Source of the DNA: an uncultured Acidobacteriota bacterium
Lineage (GTDB): Bacteria > Acidobacteriota > Blastocatellia > RBC074
Reading direction: 5' to 3'
DNA length: 64,000 nt
Assembly: GCA_963796275.1 (NCBI GenBank)
Contig: CAWCKY010000003.1
Coordinates: 1,568,001-1,632,000 of the forward strand
Position numbers and translations under genes: made by a program. A model generated the notes under the pieces. That model ran no database searches. It was given only the letters and a program-made list of their open reading frames with translations, and was not told the DNA's origin. Shown here piece after piece: positions 58,381 through 64,000 of this stretch (position 1 is its first letter; each line of letters begins with the position of its first letter).

Positions 58381-59481
58381 ATGTTATTCGGTATTACCCG
58401 CAGATATCTGGCTGATTTCGACTGGGTTTTGTTCGGGACAGCGTTTTTCATCACCGCTTTCGGTGTGATCGAGATATCGAGTGCGGAGCCGACGCCGGGC
58501 ATGTGGCGACGGCAGATGGTTGGAATAGTGATCGGATTGATCGTGTTCTTTGTGTTGACGGCGTTCGATTACCGTAGGATCGCCAGTATCGCGCCATATC
58601 TCTATCTGGTCGGGGTTGTCTTATTATTGTTGGTATTGACGCCGTTGGGGAAAGAGGTCAACGGGAATCGGAGCTGGCTCTATTTCGGTTCATTCGGATT
58701 TCAACCTTCGGAGTTTGCCAAAATATTCACGATACTTTATCTGGCTTATTACCTGTCGGGTGTCAAGAAGCGCCCGCTTGACCTGCGAACGGTGGTGATA
58801 ACCGGATTGATCTGGGCTCTGCCTACCGTGCTCGTTTTTATGGAGAACGACACAGGGAGTGCGCTCAGTTATACATCGATTATCGCGGCCATGCTTTTCC
58901 TGACCGGTGTGCGTTGGAGCTGGCTCGCGGCTGCAGCAGGAGTGATCGTGCTAGCGTTGTTTATCTCTGTGCCGTACATCAAGGAGTGCAAGAGTTACAA
59001 GTGCGAGCGCGTGAAAGCAGTCTACTGGCCTGATTTGGCTGAGAAAAAATTCCGATACCAGAACGAACAATCGGAGATCGCAGTCGGGTCAGGCGGTTTT
59101 CTTGGGAAGGGATTGGGCGGAAGCACACAGGGACCGCTCGGCTTCGTGCCGGAGGTCCAGACAGATTTCATATACGCCGTAGCAAGTGAGGAGACGGGAT
59201 TCTTAGGCAGTTTCGCGTCATTGTCGGCATATCTGTTGATCGTCATCCGATTGATTCAGATCGCACGAAGAGCGCGCGATCGGGTTGGCCTTCTGCTGGT
59301 TGCCGGATTTGCAGCACTGCTGCTTTATCACGTGACTGTCAACGTCGGAATGGTGATCAGATTACTACCGATCATGGGCATCCCGTTACCCCTTATGAGC
59401 TTCGGCTCAACGTCAGTCGTGGCTACTTGCATTGGCCTCGGACTGGCGATCAGCGTGCGCCTGCGCAGGTTTGTCAATTAA
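58381..59481 (+). CDS. rodA: Rod shape-determining protein RodA (SEDS glycosyltransferase)
   Basis: FQPSEFAK, GSGG..GKG, PEVQTDFI..EE, GIPLPLMSFG. Confidence 0.95.
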   Translation: MLFGITRRYLADFDWVLFGTAFFITAFGVIEISSAEPTPGMWRRQMVGIVIGLIVFFVLTAFDYRRIASIAPYLYLVGVVLLLLVLTPLGKEVNGNRSWLYFGSFGFQPSEFAKIFTILYLAYYLSGVKKRPLDLRTVVITGLIWALPTVLVFMENDTGSALSYTSIIAAMLFLTGVRWSWLAAAAGVIVLALFISVPYIKECKSYKCERVKAVYWPDLAEKKFRYQNEQSEIAVGSGGFLGKGLGGSTQGPLGFVPEVQTDFIYAVASEETGFLGSFASLSAYLLIVIRLIQIARRARDRVGLLLVAGFAALLLYHVTVNVGMVIRLLPIMGIPLPLMSFGSTSVVATCIGLGLAISVRLRRFVN

Positions 59482-59765
59482 TGAGCTTGCCGGTAGGCGG
59501 CTGTCGGTTTGCATATTATCGAAATAATCACGCACTAGATTTTGCGAACCGACGGCTGACGAGCGGCAAACGGATTGATCGCGCACGCGTATAAAGGTTT
59601 TCCAATGATCATAATTTTACACCGCGAAGGCAGCGCTCTCGTCAGTGACGAGAAAGCGCGCGGGAGCGGTGTAGACCCAGCCGGCGTGCATTCATGAGTC
59701 TATCTTGTTATACAAGCGCTGGAGTCATCTATCCGCACCCGGCTGAAAAAGACAGGAGATTTTAA

Positions 59766-62517
<2,752 letters not shown>

Positions 62518-62520
62518 TTG

Positions 62521-62673
62521 AAACGGAAGGAGGGGGGCATTTATCATTTAACATTTGTAATTTAACATTTTACATTGAAGAGAAGAAATGAAATGCAATT
62601 CACCGAATTTCTTCAATGTAAAATGTTAAATTACAAATGTTAAATGATAAATGCCCCCCTCTTCTTCCGTTTT
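62521..62673. repeat. Perfect 52-bp inverted repeat of heptamers between convergent genes
   Basis: 62530-62581 is the exact reverse complement of 62610-62661; 28-nt loop; A-run on the left and T-run on the right. Confidence 0.92.
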
Positions 62674-62684
62674 TTCTGTCGTTG

Positions 62685-63350
62685 CTATCCTTCTGTCTTA
62701 CCGATCACGATCAAGCCAATTGCCAGCTCACCCGATTTCGTCGGGATTTTGGTTTCAAGTATCACATGCTCGTGGTCGTTCTTGATCAGTTTCGGCAGAC
62801 CCTCACCCGAGCTCACCGGCACCAGGCTCCAGACCGATGGGTGGAGTGTTCCAGAAGCGATGCGGCTGGCTTTCAACAAATCTTCGGTCTTCGATTGTGT
62901 TGCCGGATCCTTATCTTCCGCCGCCGGGGAGGCAAGCAGAAAGTCACGCGCTTCTGACACGCCCAGGTGGTTGCCGTCCTGAAGAATCAGCCCGTAGCGC
63001 AGAGTGTAAAATCCCGATTTTAAGTTTTGTCCGCGGAAGTCTATGGCGTCGGAAGTGAAGTTGATGACGCCTACCAAGGCTCCTTCAGCGATCTTTCCGA
63101 AGTTCGCTCCGGAGACTTCAGCCGTGGCCGTCGGAATCGATTTGGCAAACCATATATCGCAAATCGATTTGCCTTGATCATTTATCAGGCGTAGGCCTTT
63201 TGCATCGAGAGCCTTGCGCACGGCATCAGGAACTTTGGCGTCAGTTAACGGGCCGATCGATTCGACTTTGTAATTATCGAATTTATCAGCAAACGCTGCC
63301 GGCGAAAGAGCGATCAGCAGTAGAACGATGAAAGATCGAATCATCATCAA
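62685..63350 (-). CDS. Conserved hypothetical secreted protein
   Basis: Signal peptide; DFRGQ..GFYTLRY..DGNHLGV..RDF, SGTLHP. Confidence 0.8.
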   Translation of the reverse strand: MMMIRSFIVLLLIALSPAAFADKFDNYKVESIGPLTDAKVPDAVRKALDAKGLRLINDQGKSICDIWFAKSIPTATAEVSGANFGKIAEGALVGVINFTSDAIDFRGQNLKSGFYTLRYGLILQDGNHLGVSEARDFLLASPAAEDKDPATQSKTEDLLKASRIASGTLHPSVWSLVPVSSGEGLPKLIKNDHEHVILETKIPTKSGELAIGLIVIGKTEG

Positions 63351-63373
63351 ACTTTAAACCCTCACAAAAACAA

Positions 63374-63455
63374 AAACCACTGGAGACACGGGGACAACTA
63401 GGGAATAAGCTGGTTATTTCACAATTCCCTTTCCCCGTGTTCCCCGTGGTTTTTT
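63374..63455. repeat. Intergenic hairpin
   Basis: AAACCACTGGAGACACGGGGA pairs with TCCCCGTGTTCCCCGTGGTTT. Confidence 0.6.
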
Positions 63456-63481
63456 CCGATCACCTAAAACGTCAGAGTGTA

Positions 63482-64000
63482 TCAGCGCGCGAAATGGCCG
63501 ACGAATGTGCTGCGCTTGCCTCGCAGAGTCCACACTGCGTCGAGGCCTTCGCCCTGGAACCGATCCAGCACAGCGACACCAGGCATCGAATGCGATGTCG
63601 CGGCGAGCGGAGGAAAGTACGCCTGCTCATGGCCGCAGATGCGATCCTTTGCCGTCAGACTCCGCGTGACGATATCAGCCATTTCCCCTGCCTTGAGGCG
63701 TCCGGCGCTCGGATGCTCGCCGTCATATTCGACTTCGATATTGATCGGCGCGGTCTCTGTCCGGACGACGGTTTTGAACAGGTCTCCCGCCATCGATTGC
63801 GCAAATGACGCCAGAGCTTGCCGCTGCGCTGCCGTCGCTCTCTCATCGACGATCAGGACAGCTTTAGCCGGATAAGGATTTTCGTAGGGATTGCCGAGCG
63901 TGCCTGAAGCCTTCGCCACACCGACTACGCTCAAACCATCGAGCTTCACGCCGTTCCATTCTCCCCGTTCAACTCGCCAGGCGAGGATCGCCTGATCTCC
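63482..64000 (-). CDS. DUF1326-like protein (5' end lies outside the window)
   Basis: Open frame from the window end: GDQAILAWRVERGEWNGVKLDGLSVV..IVDERAT..QRQAL. Confidence 0.75.
   Translation of the reverse strand, partial: GDQAILAWRVERGEWNGVKLDGLSVVGVAKASGTLGNPYENPYPAKAVLIVDERATAAQRQALASFAQSMAGDLFKTVVRTETAPINIEVEYDGEHPSAGRLKAGEMADIVTRSLTAKDRICGHEQAYFPPLAATSHSMPGVAVLDRFQGEGLDAVWTLRGKRSTFVGHFAR

Overview
Core-genome segment of a diderm bacterium. Gene content suggests Acidobacteriota, probably Blastocatellia-like (inferred from the Oar-type TonB receptors, VWA and STAS genes, and repeat style). From left to right: the 3' end of selB; three paralogous TonB-dependent receptors interrupted by a decayed IS66-family element with convergent genes; a partial ATP synthase operon (b', b, delta, alpha, gamma, with no beta or epsilon); tRNA-Arg(UCG); a peptidoglycan-recycling block (sugar kinase, murQ, lysA-like); assorted hydrolases and transporters; a 7-unit 78-79 bp REP/BIME-like array; rsmI, accD and two PLP dehydratases; then mreBCD-mrdA-rodA-rne. 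Best non-coding signals: (1) each of the three receptors has a sigma-54 -24/-12 promoter with the same TCCA-N6-TGGA-type palindrome 88-90 bp upstream; (2) a family of long intergenic hairpins built from 7-mer repeats; (3) a candidate ~300-nt end-paired RNA upstream of mreB; (4) a ~435-aa disordered insert inside the RNase E/G S1 domain. Several single-base frameshifts look like assembly errors. All calls come from reading the sequence; no database searches were run.
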